From: Centroscyllium fabricii | Lineage: Eukaryota | Assembly: GCA_051313645.2 (NCBI GenBank) | Contig: JBNRSN020000009.1 | Span: 44,888,001-44,952,000 of the forward strand | Direction of reading: 5' to 3' | DNA length: 64,000 bases | In this document: in pieces, positions 34,348 through 46,767 of the stretch | How the letters are laid out: every line of letters begins with the position of its first letter | Numbering within the stretch: the first letter of the stretch is position 1 | Program-made: the position numbers and the translations under genes | Notes under the pieces: generated by a model | Databases searched by the model: none | Told to the model about the DNA's origin: nothing | The model's input: the letters and a program-made list of their open reading frames with translations, nothing else

Positions 34348-35384
34348 AAAACTTCTTACATGATGGTTCCACTGGCATTTACTTCTCTCCAATCCATTCT
34401 CCAGCCATTGAGCCAGAGCATCTGCAAGTTACAATAAGAACCTAAGAACACAATTGAATAGTCAGAAATATCACGCTTCCCAAAAGGCATTTCTGCAGTG
34501 AAAATAACTCAAAACTAGGAATCAGGAACCTACTCAAGTCACTGAGCAGTGGTTCACTTGTTCAGATCATCTCCAGGTTATTTTCACATACTGAATAGTT
34601 AAGCCAAAAGTATTGGGAATTCACAGAATGGTCAAATCAGCCTCAAGCACCAGGAAGGGAATTGTACACAATAAATAACAGTGCGGCTACATTGTTTCAA
34701 AACATTTATTCATTTCTCAAATCCTGAGTTTCAGAAAAGCATCAAAAATATCAGGATTGCTAAACCTGACCGTTGCACTTACTTTTTTTGTTGGACCCCA
34801 GCATGTTGTCCACATTGCATCCGGTGAGTGGTACAAAACCCACTCCAGCAAGATTGTAGCCAACTTTGATTTGAGTGCGCATTTTCTGCGTATCCTTTAT
34901 TGCTTTTGTGTACGTGTGTGTGTTTGGGGTGAGGCGGGGGGTGGGGGGGGGGTGGGTGGCTACTCAGTGATGTCCGTCTTGTTAATCATAACAATTAACT
35001 GCTTGGTCCCCATGGCCAGGAGCACATGTTCTCTGAATTGTCCATTCTTGGAAAGGCCAGTCTCAAACTCGATAGCAACAGCCAAGATTAGCACTGCACA
35101 GTCAGTCTGCAAAAGGAATACTTTAATTCCATTAGAGATGGGCTGATGACTCACTTGACAATAAACCTTCACTCACCATTGTTAGGAAAACCACATAGGA
35201 AACGTTTGGTGAGAAGGAGAGAGAGGGAGAGAAAGGTCTACAATTCGGTAATAGTTTTATCCATCTGTTGGGTAGCGTGTTACTGTGTAGAGTTAAGTGT
35301 CACTTCCCAGATTATGTTCATGTGCTGGAGAAAGATTAGATGAGCAGCAGCCTGTACACACTTTGAAGAGGGCTATTACCAGGC

Positions 35385-35677
35385 TGTGGTAATCATATTA
35401 CCATTGTATATAGTTGGATTGTAGTTGTACTGCACCACATGACCCATGTATATAGTTGCTTGGTGCATTTGATGTATTGGATGTAGAACACGGTTGTAAG
35501 GCCAGGTCAGCCACACCTCTAACTCCTCCCCTCAGGTGGGAGTCTTATAGGTGAGGTCTGCCCTGCCCCCAGTCATTCTGTGCCTGATGTTCAACTGGAG
35601 ACTAGCTCCATCTTTAAGTTAATAAAAGCCTATAGTTAAGGTCACTACTCGTCTTTTGCCTTATTGACGATACGTCA
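35385..35677 (+). mobile_element. Solo LTR
   Basis: tgtggtaa...gatacgtca ends like the element C LTRs; aataaa; TSD CAGGC. Confidence 0.88.
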
Positions 35678-36189
35678 CAGGCAAGTCCCTGTGATCGTGT
35701 TTATGAAGTCCCATTGCCTGGGTAAATCAATGAATGCGATGTAGTCCTGCGTGATCTCAAACTTTAACAGGGAAACGGAAGTGGTGATACAACACGCCCT
35801 CTTTGCCTTCAGCTTATCCAGCAACCAGGCACACTTGAAGAAACCTTTACTCGTCTGCTAATAAAAACGCCTGAGCCGTATCAAAATACAGAAACTGCAA
35901 TGAAGAATGCAAAGATCTTACGATGTATTGCCAAGTATTACAAAGTATACAGCACAGAAACAGGCCATTCGGCCCAACTGGTCCATGCTGGTGTTTATAT
36001 TCCACATGAGCCTCCTCCCACCCTACTTCATCTAACCCCATCAACATATCCTTCCATTCCTTTCTGCCTCATGTGCTTATCTAGTTTCCCCTGACATGCA
36101 TCAATGCTATTCACTCTGACTACTCCTGTGTAGCGAGTTCCACCTTCTAACCACTCTTTAGGTAAAGAAGTTTCTCCTGAATTCCTATA

Positions 36190-36514
36190 CAGGTTGGGCA
36201 CCGTTAATCCGGCACCCGAAAAACCGGCAGCTTCAGACGTCCGGCAACGATTTCCCCGACTGGTCTGCGCATGCACAACATGGCCGCCGCGCTTGACTGT
36301 GCATGCCCGGGCCTCCCCGAACGATTGATGCTTTGGTGAATGATCTGCGCATGTGCCGCCGAACGGCGAGTGCATGCGCAAGGCCATTCAAAATTTCATG
36401 GCGGCCATTTTGAATGATCTGCGCATCCGCCGCCGAAGCTTCAATCATTCGGCATTTTCAACAATTCGGCACGGTGCTGGTCCTGATCCTGCCGGATTAA
36501 CGAACTTCAACCTG
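36190..36514. mobile_element. Tc1/mariner-pogo (Tigger-like) MITE
   Basis: TIRs caggttg..cgttaatccgg / ccggattaacg..caacctg; TA TSD. Confidence 0.8.
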
Positions 36515-37159
36515 TATATGTAATAGTGCCTCTGCTATCTCTTTCCCAACTTCTTTTAATATGTATAGTTGCAATCCACAGGGTTTTATCCTCTCTAAGT
36601 TTGATTAGTTTATCAATGATCTCCCCACCGCCCCGCTCTATCTTAAGTGTCTTTATATCTTTTTAGATTTCTTCTTCTAATGTCATGCCCACCCTATTAA
36701 TCTCCCTGGTAAATACTGAGGTAAAGTAACTATTCAATATTTCTGCCATTTTGCTGTCATCACCTGTGAGTTTATCTCATGTATCCCTTAGTGGCCCTAT
36801 CCTTACCCTGCTTTTTCTTTTGTTATTTATGTGTCTGTAGAATACTTTATTATTTCTTTTTATATTCCTTGATAATTTAATTGTGTAGTTCGCATTGTCT
36901 TCCTAATTGTTTTTTGACATGCTTTCTAACCTTTACGTATTCTCTCTTGTTATCCTCTCCTTTCTTGTCTATGTACTTCATGTATGCCTTTTTCTTTAGT
37001 TTCAGTTTTTGCCCTTATTTCTTTGTTACATAAGAACATAAGAAATAGGAGCAGGAGTAGGCCAATCGGCCCTTCGAGCCTACCCCGCCATTCAATAAGA
37101 TCATGGCTGATCTGATCCTAACAACCAACATACTTTCACAGAAGCATCTCCTGCATCTA

Positions 37160-38550
37160 ACAGAATTAGACACACAAAATAGGAGCAGGATCAGGCTACA
37201 CGGTCCCTGGGCCCGCTCCACTACCCACAGGGCCATGACTGATCTGAACCTAGACTCATGTCCAAATTCCTGCCCGCTCCCCGTAACCTTTAATCGCTTT
37301 TACTACTAGGAAACTGTCTATTTCTGTTTTTAATTTATGTAATGATGTAGCTTCTACAGCTTTTTGGGGCAGCATGTTCCATGGACTTACCACCCTCTGA
37401 GTGAAGTAGTTTCTCCTCATCTCAGTTTTGAAAGAGCAGCCCCTTATTCTAAGTTTATGCCCCCTAGTTCTAGTTTCACCCATCATTGGGAACATCTTCC
37501 CCGCATCCACCCGATCCAACCCCTTCACAATCTTATATGTTTCAATAAGATCTCCCCTCATTCTTCTGAACTCCAATGAGTAGAGTCCCAATCTACTCAA
37601 CCTCTCCTCATATGTCCAACCCCTCATCCCTGGGATTAACTGAGTGAACCTTCTTTGTACTGACTCGAGAGCGAGTATGTCCTTTCTTAAGTATGGACAC
37701 CAAAACTGTATGCAGTATTCCAGGTGCGGTCTCACCAATACCTTGTAGAACTGAAGCAATACCTCCCTATTTTTATATTCTATCCCCCTAGCAATGAAAG
37801 CCAACATTCCATTGGCCTTCTTAATCACTTGCTGCACCTGCATACTAACCTTTTGAGTTTCGTGCAGCAGGACCCCCAGGGCGGCACGGTGGCACAGAGG
37901 TTAGCACTGTTGCCTTACAGCACTAGAGACCCGGGTTCAAATCCAGCCTCGGGTACTATCTGTGTGGAGTTTGCACATTCTCCCCGTGTCTGCGTGGGTT
38001 TCCTCCGGGTGCTCCGGTTTCCTCCCACAGTCCAAAGATGTGCGGGTTAGGTTGATTGGCCATGATAAATTGACCCTTAGTGTTAGGGGGATTGAATATG
38101 TGGGGTTACGGGGAGACGGTGGGATATGTGTCAGTGCAGGCTCGATAGGGATATGGGGACAAGGCAGGGACAGGGTGCTGGGTTTGGATGACCAGCCATG
38201 ATCTCATTGAATGGCGGAGCAGGCTCGAAGGGCCGAATGGCCTACTCCTGCTCCTATATTCTATGTTTCTATGTTTCTATCCCTTTGTACTACAGTACTT
38301 TCCAGTTTCTTGCCATTAGATAATAATCCGCTCTACGATTTTTCCTGCCAAAATGCATAACCTCACACTTTCCAGTATTGTACTCCATCTGCCAAATCTC
38401 TGCCCACTGACTTAGCCTGTCTATGTCCCCCTGCGGGTTCTTTATGTCCTCCTCATTCACCACTTTCCCTCCCATCTTAGTATCATCTGCAAACTTTGAT
38501 ATGTTACACTCGGTCCCCTCCTCCAAATCGTTAATATAAATTGTAAAGAC
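37160..38550 (-). mobile_element. CR1 LINE split by a SINE
   Basis: ORFs 38290-38553 (FADDTKMGG) and 37256-37843. Confidence 0.9.
37879..38280 (+). mobile_element. Composite SINE
   Basis: gggcggcacggtggc head; CR1 tail. Confidence 0.9.
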
Positions 38551-39379
38551 CAAGGTGTGTCATTACAGGCTAGCTTATTCTTGCTTTTTTGGTGGGATGT
38601 CGTTTTCCTGGACTCTGCTGATCACCATTTTAAATGTGTCCCACCGCTCTTCTATTTCATTGTCAGTAAATTTTTCCAGTTTATTTTCCCCAGTTCCATT
38701 CTCATCTCCTTAAAATCAGCTTCTTTCAAATGTATTACTTTGGTCTTTGTCTGAGTTAAATCTTCTGTGTGGTAACTGCACACAATGGTGAAGTGTTGAG
38801 TTTTGAAAGGAATTCTGCACCATGATTAAAAGTTAATGGCGTTTTCATGATATTCTACCTCTGACTAAACAGTCTGTGAGCATTTAAAAAAATGTAAACA
38901 CCTGATTTTCCAAATATTCACATACCCACCACAGCTTGAAAACAATGAAGCCCTCCCATTGTGCTTCTGAAGCACGGCAGTTACCCGCACTTTACAGTAA
39001 CTGAAAGAGCAGATCCTGCTGTTGGAAAATGCTTGAGGGTGAGCATTCCAACAATTCCCCTGGTTAAAGGACCACAGTTAGGCCACAATTATGTTATATA
39101 ATGCTTTAAATTAAGATCATTGGTGCATTTCTCCTTTTCCCCAGGGCTACTTTGAGTTTGCAAGAATGTACATATACAGAAGGTACAGGATTCCATTAAC
39201 TGGAATGAATAACCTCTAAACCCCTTTTAATAATCTGCAGTTTGTGACAATTTAAATCAAATAGAAGAGACACCTTATTCTTGAACTTTGCTCTACATAG
39301 TAACTGAAATTAAGCTGTAAATATTCCATTTGTATTAATCATTGAAATTATTAAAATATGATATTAGAAACTGATTTGG

Positions 39380-39967
39380 TCTCTCCTGGTCACTAAACAC
39401 CTCCTCTCTGGTTAAGAAGGCCCAACAGCACCTGTACTTCCTAAGGAAGCGGAAGAAAGCCAGGCTGTCATCCGGCATCCTCTCCAACTTCTACCGCTGC
39501 ACAATAGAAAGCATACTGACAAGCTGCATCACAGTCTGGTATGGAAATTGCACCATCTCGGACCGGAAAACCCTGCAGCGGGTAGTCAAAACTGCCCAAC
39601 GAATCACCGGTACCCAGCTACCGTCAATGGAAAGCATCTACCTCAAACGCTGCCTATGGAGGTCTCTGAACATTATTAAAGACCCCACACACCCCAGCCA
39701 CAGTCTGTTCGCCCCCCTGCCCTCCGGGAGACGCTACAGATCAATTCGCACCCGCACGACTAGATTTAAGAACAGCTTCTTCCCCAGGGCTGTCAGCCTC
39801 CTGAACTCTAAAAATAAACTCCGGTACCTGCACGCCTGATAATGTACTTTACTGTATGCAATTTGCATGTAATTTATTTGCACTACTCTCGGGAGCGTCG
39901 AGTCTTCGTCTCGTTGTATTGTACTAGTACTCTGCAATGACAATAAAACTTGAATTGAATTGAATTG
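39380..39967 (+). mobile_element. Rex1/Babar LINE 3' part
   Basis: KKAQQHLYFLRK..FYRCTIESILT..DPTHPSHSLF.PLPSGRRYRS; (ttgaa)n tail. Confidence 0.88.
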
Positions 39968-40014
39968 TTAGAATTCAGGATTCAATGAGATCCTGGCTGA
40001 TTTGTACCTTATTC

Positions 40015-40492
40015 GTTGATGGGATGTGGGCATCGCTGGCTGGCTAGGCCTGCATTTAGTGCCCATCCCTAATTGCCCTCGAGAAGATGGTGGTGAGCCG
40101 CCTTCTTGAACCGCTGCAGTCCATATGGTGTAGGTACACCCACAATGTTGCGTAGCGGTTGTTTACAACTGAGTGGCTTGCTGGGCCATTTCAGAGGGCA
40201 TTAGGAGTCAACCGCATTGCTGTGGGTCTGGAGTCACATGTAGGCCAGACCAGGTAAGGACGGCAGATTTCCTTCCCTAAAAGGACATTAGTGAACCAGA
40301 TGGGTTTTTGCAACAATCGACAATGGTATCATGGTCGCCATTACTAAGACTAACATTTAATTCCAGAATTAAATTTAATTGAATTTAAATTCCACCAGCT
40401 GCCGTGGTGGGATTTGAACCCATATCCTCAGAGCATTTGACTGAGCCTCTGGCTTACTAGTCTAGTGACATAACCACTATGCCACCGCCTCC
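40015..40492 (-). mobile_element. tRNA-derived SINE with the tail of the second CR1-like family
   Basis: Tail matches 51688-51820; head has ggttcaaatccc. Confidence 0.65.
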
Positions 40493-40639
40493 CCAGCCCT
40501 CAACTCCGTTTACCTGCCTTTGCTCCATAGCCCTTGATATCCTTACCCAGCAACAATCTATTGATCTCAGTCTTGATCATTTAAATTGACCCAGCATCCA
40601 CAGGCTTTTAGATAGCGAGTTCCAGATTTCCACTATGAC

Positions 40640-41510
40640 AAAACCAACAACAACAACTTGCATTTATATCACATTTTACGTAGTCCCAAGGCACTTTACA
40701 GGAGTGTACTCAGGCAAAAATTGATGCTGAGCCAAGGAAGAAGACATTAGGACAGGTTGGTCACAGAGGTAGGTTATCAGGGGCGTCTTAAAGAAGAAAA
40801 AAGAAAAACACTTGCATTTATATAGCGCCTTTCATGACCACAGCCAATGAGGTACTTTTGAGTGTAGTCACTTTTGTAATGTAGGAAACGCAGCAGCCAA
40901 TTTGCGCACAGCAAGCTCCCACAAACAGCAATGTGATAATGACCAGATAATCTGTTTTTGTTATGTTGATTGAGGGATAACTATTGGCTGGGACACCGGG
41001 GATAACGCCCCTGCTCTTTTTCAAAATCGTGCCTTGGGATCTTTTACGTCCACCTGAGAGAGCAGACAGGGCCTCGGTTTAATGTCTCATCTGAAAGGAG
41101 AGGGAGGCGGAGAGGTTTAGGGAGGGAATTTCAGAGTTCAGGGTCTAGATGGCTGGAGGCAAGGACCCCAGTGGTGGGCTGGGGGATGTACGAGAGGCCA
41201 GAGTTGGAGGAACACAGAGTTCTTGGAGGGTTGTGGGGCTGGAGGAAGGTACAGAGATCAGGAGGAGCAAAGCCATGGAGGGATTTGAACACGAGAATGG
41301 GAATTTTAAAATCGAGGCATTGCTGGACCAGGAGCCAATGCCTTTGTCTTAGGTCAGCGAGCACAGGTGATGAGTGAACGGGACTTGGTGAGAGGTAGAC
41401 TGGGTGAGCAGAGTTTTGGATAAGTTTAAGTTTATAGAGTGTGGAAGATGGGAGGCTGGTCAGGAGAGCATTGGAATAGTTGAAGCTGGAGGTAACAAAA
41501 GCATGGATGA
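40640..41510 (-). mobile_element. L2 LINE 3' fragment with a nested Deu-type SINE
   Basis: DFKIPILVFKSLHGFAPP; ttgcatttatatagcgcc tail. Confidence 0.7.
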
Positions 41511-42770
41511 CTATCTTTTGTGTGAAAAAATGCTTCCTGATTTCACTACTAAATGGCTAGCTCTAATTTGAAGATTATCCCTCTTGTTCTGGATTCTCCA
41601 ACAGAGGAAATTATTTCTCTCTAGCTACTCTATAGAATCTCTTTATCATTTTACACGTCTTGATTAGATCACCCCTTAACCATTAAATTCAAGGTAATAC
41701 TGGTCAGGTTTATGCAACCTGACCTCATAATTTTCACTTTTTAAGCCCTGGAATCATTCTGGTGAATCTGCACTGTATCCCTTCCAAGGTCAATATGTCT
41801 TTCCCGAGGTTCAGTGCCCAGAATTGAACAAGGTACTCCAGATGGGGTCTAACCAGAGCTCTGTACAGCTGAGACAACATCATTTTTAATTCCACCCCAA
41901 TTGAGATAAAGGCCAACATTCATAGAAGCATAGAAACGTAGAAGATAGGAGCAGGAGTAGGCCATTCGGCCCCTCGAGCCTGCTCCGCCATTCGATGAGA
42001 TCATGGCTGATCATCCAAATTCAGTACCCTGTCCCTGCTTTCTCCCCATATCCCTTGATCCCTTTAGCCTTAAGAAATATATCCAACTCCTTCTTGAATA
42101 CATTTAATGAACTGGCGTCAACTGCCTTCTGTGGTAGAGAATTCCACAGCTACACCACTCTCTGGGTGAAGAAATTCCTCCTCATCTCTTTCCTAAATGG
42201 CTTACCCCTTATCCTTAGACTGTGATCCCTGATTCTGGACTCCCCGGCCATCGGGAACATCCTTCCTGCATCTAGTCCGCCTAGTCCTGTTAGAATTTTA
42301 TAAATTTCAATGAGATCCCCTCTCATTCTTCTTAACTCTAGCAAATATAAGCCTAATCGACCCAATCTCTCTTCTTCTGTCATTCCTGCTATCCCAGGTA
42401 TCAGCCTGATGAATCTTCGCTGCACTCCCTCCATGGCAAGGATATCCTTCCTCAGATAAGGCGACCAAAACTGCACACAATACTCAAGATGTGGTCTCAC
42501 CAAGGCCCTGTATAACTGCAGCAAGACATCCTTGTTCCTGTACTCGAATCCTCTCGCTATGAAGGCCAACATACCATTTGCCTTCTTAACCGCCTGCAGC
42601 ACCTGCATGCTTACCTTCAGCAACTGGTGCACAAGGACACCCAGGTCTCGTTGCACTTCCCCTTTTCCCAATCTATTGCCGGTCAGATGATAATCTGCCT
42701 TCCTTGCATTTATCCACATTATATTGCATCTGCCATGCATCTGTCCAATCACACAACCTGTCCAAATCAT
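41510..42770 (-). mobile_element. Old CR1 fragment plus younger CR1 (41921-42770)
   Basis: ORFs 41734-41919 and 42150-42770. Confidence 0.88.
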
Positions 42771-43019
42771 ACTGGAATTTTTAATTATTTTTGTATTTGT
42801 ACATTCACTTTTAATGATTTGTGTACGCAGACCCCTAAATTCTATTGCTCCTCCTCCACAGCTCCTAATCTCTTCCCATTAACAAAATATTGCAATGTCA
42901 CTTTCTCAGATTAAGAGTGGATGGCCTGTATATTAATTATTGGATTGCTGAATACTGCTCTATTTACATTGTAAGAAGTCACACAACACCAGGTTATAGT
43001 CCAACAGTTTTATTTGAAA

Positions 43020-43056
43020 TCACAAGCTTTCGGAGCGCTGCTCCTTCATCAGGTGA
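43020..43056 (-). ncRNA. Minimal type I hammerhead ribozyme motif
   Basis: tcac CTGATGA aggagc agc gctcc GAAA gctt gtga. Confidence 0.7.
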
Positions 43057-43582
43057 AGTGGAGAGCTGCATATAGGCACAGCATATATGGTCAGAGAACA
43101 ATGCTAGATGATTACAGGTAATTCCTCTAACCGCTCTTTATCACACCTCGGCAGAGAGACAATCACAGCAATCAAAGGTGTGAATGGTGTCCAAACAGGT
43201 CAGCCAGGAGAAAAATTCCATCAAAGAACAATGAGGTGGGGTCACAAGGGGCCAAACGCTGCACATGCTGGGGTCTGTATGAAAAACAAAAAACAAACAA
43301 AAAACAATAAAAAATGAAATTGATGTTTTTTTAATTTCATTTTTTATTGCTTTTTGTTTGTACAGACCCCAGCATGTGCAGCATTTGCCCCCCTGTGACC
43401 CCACCTCATTGTTCTTTGATGGAATGTTTTCCTGGCTGACCTGTTTGGACACCATTCACACCTTTGATTGCTGTGATTGTCTCTCTGCTGAGGTGTGATA
43501 AAGAGCGGTTAGAGGAATTACCTGTAATCATCTAGCATTGTTCTCTGACCATATATGCTGTGCCTATATGCATCTCTCCACT

Positions 43583-43619
43583 TCACCTGACGAAGGAGCA
43601 GCGCTCCGAAAGCTTGTGA
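43583..43619 (+). ncRNA. Minimal type I hammerhead ribozyme motif
   Basis: tcac CTGACGA aggagc agc gctcc GAAA gctt gtga. Confidence 0.72.
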
Positions 43620-44131
43620 TTTCTAATAAAACTGTTGGACAATAACCTGGTGTTGTGTGACTTCTTACATTTGTCTACCCCAGTCCAACACTGGCACCGC
43701 CACATCCTGGCTATTTACATTGACTCAGGTTTACATGCTTATCATAAACACAAATGACAGCCTCTTTAATTGTGACCATGGGGCATTATCCTTCCGTGTC
43801 TTCCTCATGCTCTCCATGGCATTTGACATGGTCTACCTTGCCAACCTCCTCTATTGCCTTTTCTCTTTTATCCAGCTCTGTGGGACTAATGTTCTTTTGG
43901 TTCCAGTCCTACCTGTCCTAATACAACCAGCACATTTCCAGCAATAGTTTCTCATTGGACCCCACACAGTCACTGGCAGCATTCCCTACAGATCTATCCT
44001 TGGTCCCTTCCTCTTCTACAGAATTCCTTTGGTGACATGATTTACAGTCACAGAATCAGCTTCCATATCTATACTGACGACACCTGGCTCTACCTCTTCA
44101 CCACTGCCTTGACCACTTCTGTATTGTACTC

Positions 44132-44539
44132 GGGCGGCACGGTGGCATAGTGGTTAGCACTGTTGCCTTACAGCACTAGAGACCCGGGTTCAAATCCAGC
44201 CTCGGGTACTATCTGTGTGGAGTTTGCATATTCTCCCCGTGTCTGCGTGGGTTTCCTCCGGGTGCTCCGGTTTCCTCCCACAGTCCAAAGATGTGCGGGT
44301 TAGGTTGATTGGCCAGGATAAATTGACCCTTAGTGTTAGGGGGATTGAATATGTGGGGTTACGGGGATAGGGTGGGATATGTGTCGTACAGGCTCGATAG
44401 GATCGAGGGATATGGGGACAAGACAGGGACAGGGTACTGGGTTTGGGTGATCAGCCATGATCTCATTGAATGGCGGAGCAGGCTTGAAGGGCCGAATGGC
44501 CTACTCCTGCTCCTATCTTCTATGTCTATGTTTCTATGT
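44132..44539 (+). mobile_element. Composite SINE
   Basis: Same structure as the other copies. Confidence 0.9.
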
Positions 44540-44979
44540 AAGCCTGCTTAGCTGACATTAGGTCGTGGATTAGTTCAAATTTCTTCCAACAATATCAGGA
44601 AGACCCAAACCATAGTTTTTATCTGTCACTATAAATGTTACTCTCTTGCAACTGGCTAAGCTTGAACCAGGCTATGCAACACCATAACACCCTATTCGAC
44701 CCAGAGTTCAGTTTCAAACTCTGTATTCTATCTATTCTTCTACCTCCAGCAACATCGTCCATCTGTATCTCACACCCACTGCTGCTGAAAGCTTTACCCA
44801 CACTTGTAACGCATCTGGAGTTAATTTCTCTAATGTCCTCCTTGCTGACCTTCCAGTCTCCTTCCTCTACAAATTTCAACTCATATAAACTCAGCTGCTC
44901 ATGTCCTGTGCTGCATTGAGTCCTGCTCACCCACTACTCCTGACTTTGCTGAGCCCTGCTGGCACCCCATCTCCCAACA

Positions 44980-46371
44980 CAGGAAACTCTTTTTTATCCG
45001 GCACTGACGGGACCGGCGTGGTGCCGGTTTATCAAAAAGTCCGGATTACAGAGAGGTATAGTTAAAAAGTACAAGAGCCCCGTACACAACAACAAATCCA
45101 GGCGTCCCTGTTGCTCAGCAGCAGGTGCAGAAACCCCGGCCAGAAGATCAGGCGCCCTGTTGCTTAACATAAAAACATAGAAACATAGAAGATAGGAGCA
45201 GGAGTAGGCCACGGGGATAGGGTGGGATATGTGTCGGTGCAGGCTCGATGGGCCGAAATGGCCTCTATCTGCACTGTAAGGATTCTATGATTCTATGATT
45301 CTATGATTCGGCCCTTCGAGCCTGCTCCGCCATTCAATGAGATCATGGCTGATCATCCAAACTCAGTACCCTGTCCCTGCCTTCTCCCCATATCCCTTGA
45401 TCCCTCTAGCCTTAAGAAATACATCCAGCTCCTTCTTGAATATATTCAATGAACTAGCCTCCACCGCCCTCTGTGGCAGAGAATTCCACAGGTTCGCCAC
45501 TCTCTGGGTGAAGAAATTCCTCCTCATCTCTGTCCTAAATGAGTTACCCCTTATCCTTAGACTATGACCCCTGGTTCTGGATTCTCCGATCATCGGGAAC
45601 ATTCTTCCTGCATCAAGTTTGTCCAGACCAGTTAGAATGTTATACGTTTCGATGAGATCCGCTCTCAATCTTCTAAACTCCAGAGAGTACAAACCCAGTC
45701 TACCCAGTCTCTCCTCATACGTCATTCCTGCCATCCCAGGTATCAGCCTGGTGAATCTTCTCTGCACTCCCTCCATGGCAAGAACGTCCTTCCTTAGATA
45801 AGGAGACCAAAACTGCACACAGTACTCAAGGTGTGATCTCATCAAGGCCCTGTACAACTGCAGCAAGCCCTCCCTGTTCCTGTACTCGAACCCTTTCACT
45901 ATGAAGGCCAACATACCATTTGCCTTCTGAACCGCCTGCTGCACCTGCATGCTCACCTTCAGCGACTGGTGCACCAGGACACCCAGGTCTCGCCGCACTT
46001 CCCCCCTCTCCCAATCTATTGCCATTCAGACAATAGTCGGCATTTCTGTTTTTGCCCCCAAAGTGGATAACCTCGCATTTATCCACATTATACTGCATCT
46101 GCCACGTCTCAGCCCACTCGCCCAACCTGTCCAAATCATCCTGGAGCTTCCTGGTATCCTCCTCGCAGCACACACGCCCTCCCAGCTTTGTGTCATCTGC
46201 AAACCTGGAGACATTACATCTTAGCAACCGATACAGGAACCTCGGTTACACGGCCACAGATCCAGGAACGGCCACAAATATGAAGTAAAACGTACCTGAA
46301 CTTACTCCTGAATTTTGCCGGTTAACAGAGATTTCCGATTATTTAGATGCCGGTAAATCGAGAGTTTCCTG
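44980..46371. mobile_element. Tigger-like MITE interrupted by CR1 (45167-46222, minus)
   Basis: caggaaactc..tatccggca / tgccggtaaatcgagagtttcctg; CR1 ORFs 45363-46025 and 45826-46227. Confidence 0.75.
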
Positions 46372-46372
46372 T

Positions 46373-46767
46373 ACATAGAAACATAGAAGATAGGAGCAGG
46401 ATTAGGCCATTCGGCCCTTCGAGCCTGCTCCGCCATTCAATGAGATCATGGCTGATCATCCAAACCCAGTACCCTGTCCCTGCCTTGTCCCCATATCCCT
46501 CTAGAGCCTGCACCGACACATATCCCACCCTATCCCCGTAACCCCACTTATTCAATCCCCCTAACACTAAGGGTCAATTTATCATGGCCAATCAACCTAA
46601 CCCGCACATCTGGACTGTGGGAGGAAACCGGAGCACCCGGAGGAAACCCACGCAGACACGGGGAGAATGTGCAAACTCCACACAGATAGTCACCCGAGGC
46701 CGGATTTGAACCCGGGTCTCTAGTGCTGTAAGGCAACAGTGCTAACCACTATGCCACCGTGCCGCCC
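46373..46767 (-). mobile_element. Composite SINE
   Basis: Same structure as the other copies. Confidence 0.9.

Larger units (their letters stand above)
27310..35854 (-). pseudogene. Intron-containing elongation factor 1-alpha family pseudogene (exons 3-8)
   Basis: ex3 35854-35678 SKGFFKCAWLLDKLKA..ITGT; ex4 about 35106-34782 TDCAVLI..KVGYN..DNMLGS|gtaagt; ex5 34421-33697 MLWLNGW..RLPLKDVYKI; ex6 about 33580-33373; ex7 about 32811-32330 VIILNHP..YPPFG|gtgag; ex8 28286-27320 HFGV..RQ..VAIG; AG/GT at canonical EEF1A positions; stops, indels and TE insertions. Confidence 0.9.
42972..43710. mobile_element. Penelope-like element forming a 700-bp palindrome
   Basis: 42970-43320 is the reverse complement of about 43334-43669; TSD ctatttacattg. 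Confidence 0.85.

Noticed and set aside
33661-34437. Long Pro-rich and Gly/Arg-rich ORFs
   Set aside because: Produced by N gaps and a low-complexity repeat
39144-39182. Exon-like segment (ttttccccag|GGCTAC...AGAAG|gtacag), with an acceptor-like site at 48294, as alternative OGG1 3' exons
   Set aside because: Phases are compatible but the peptide has no recognisable homology and OGG1 already has a stop at 8992; needs RNA-seq
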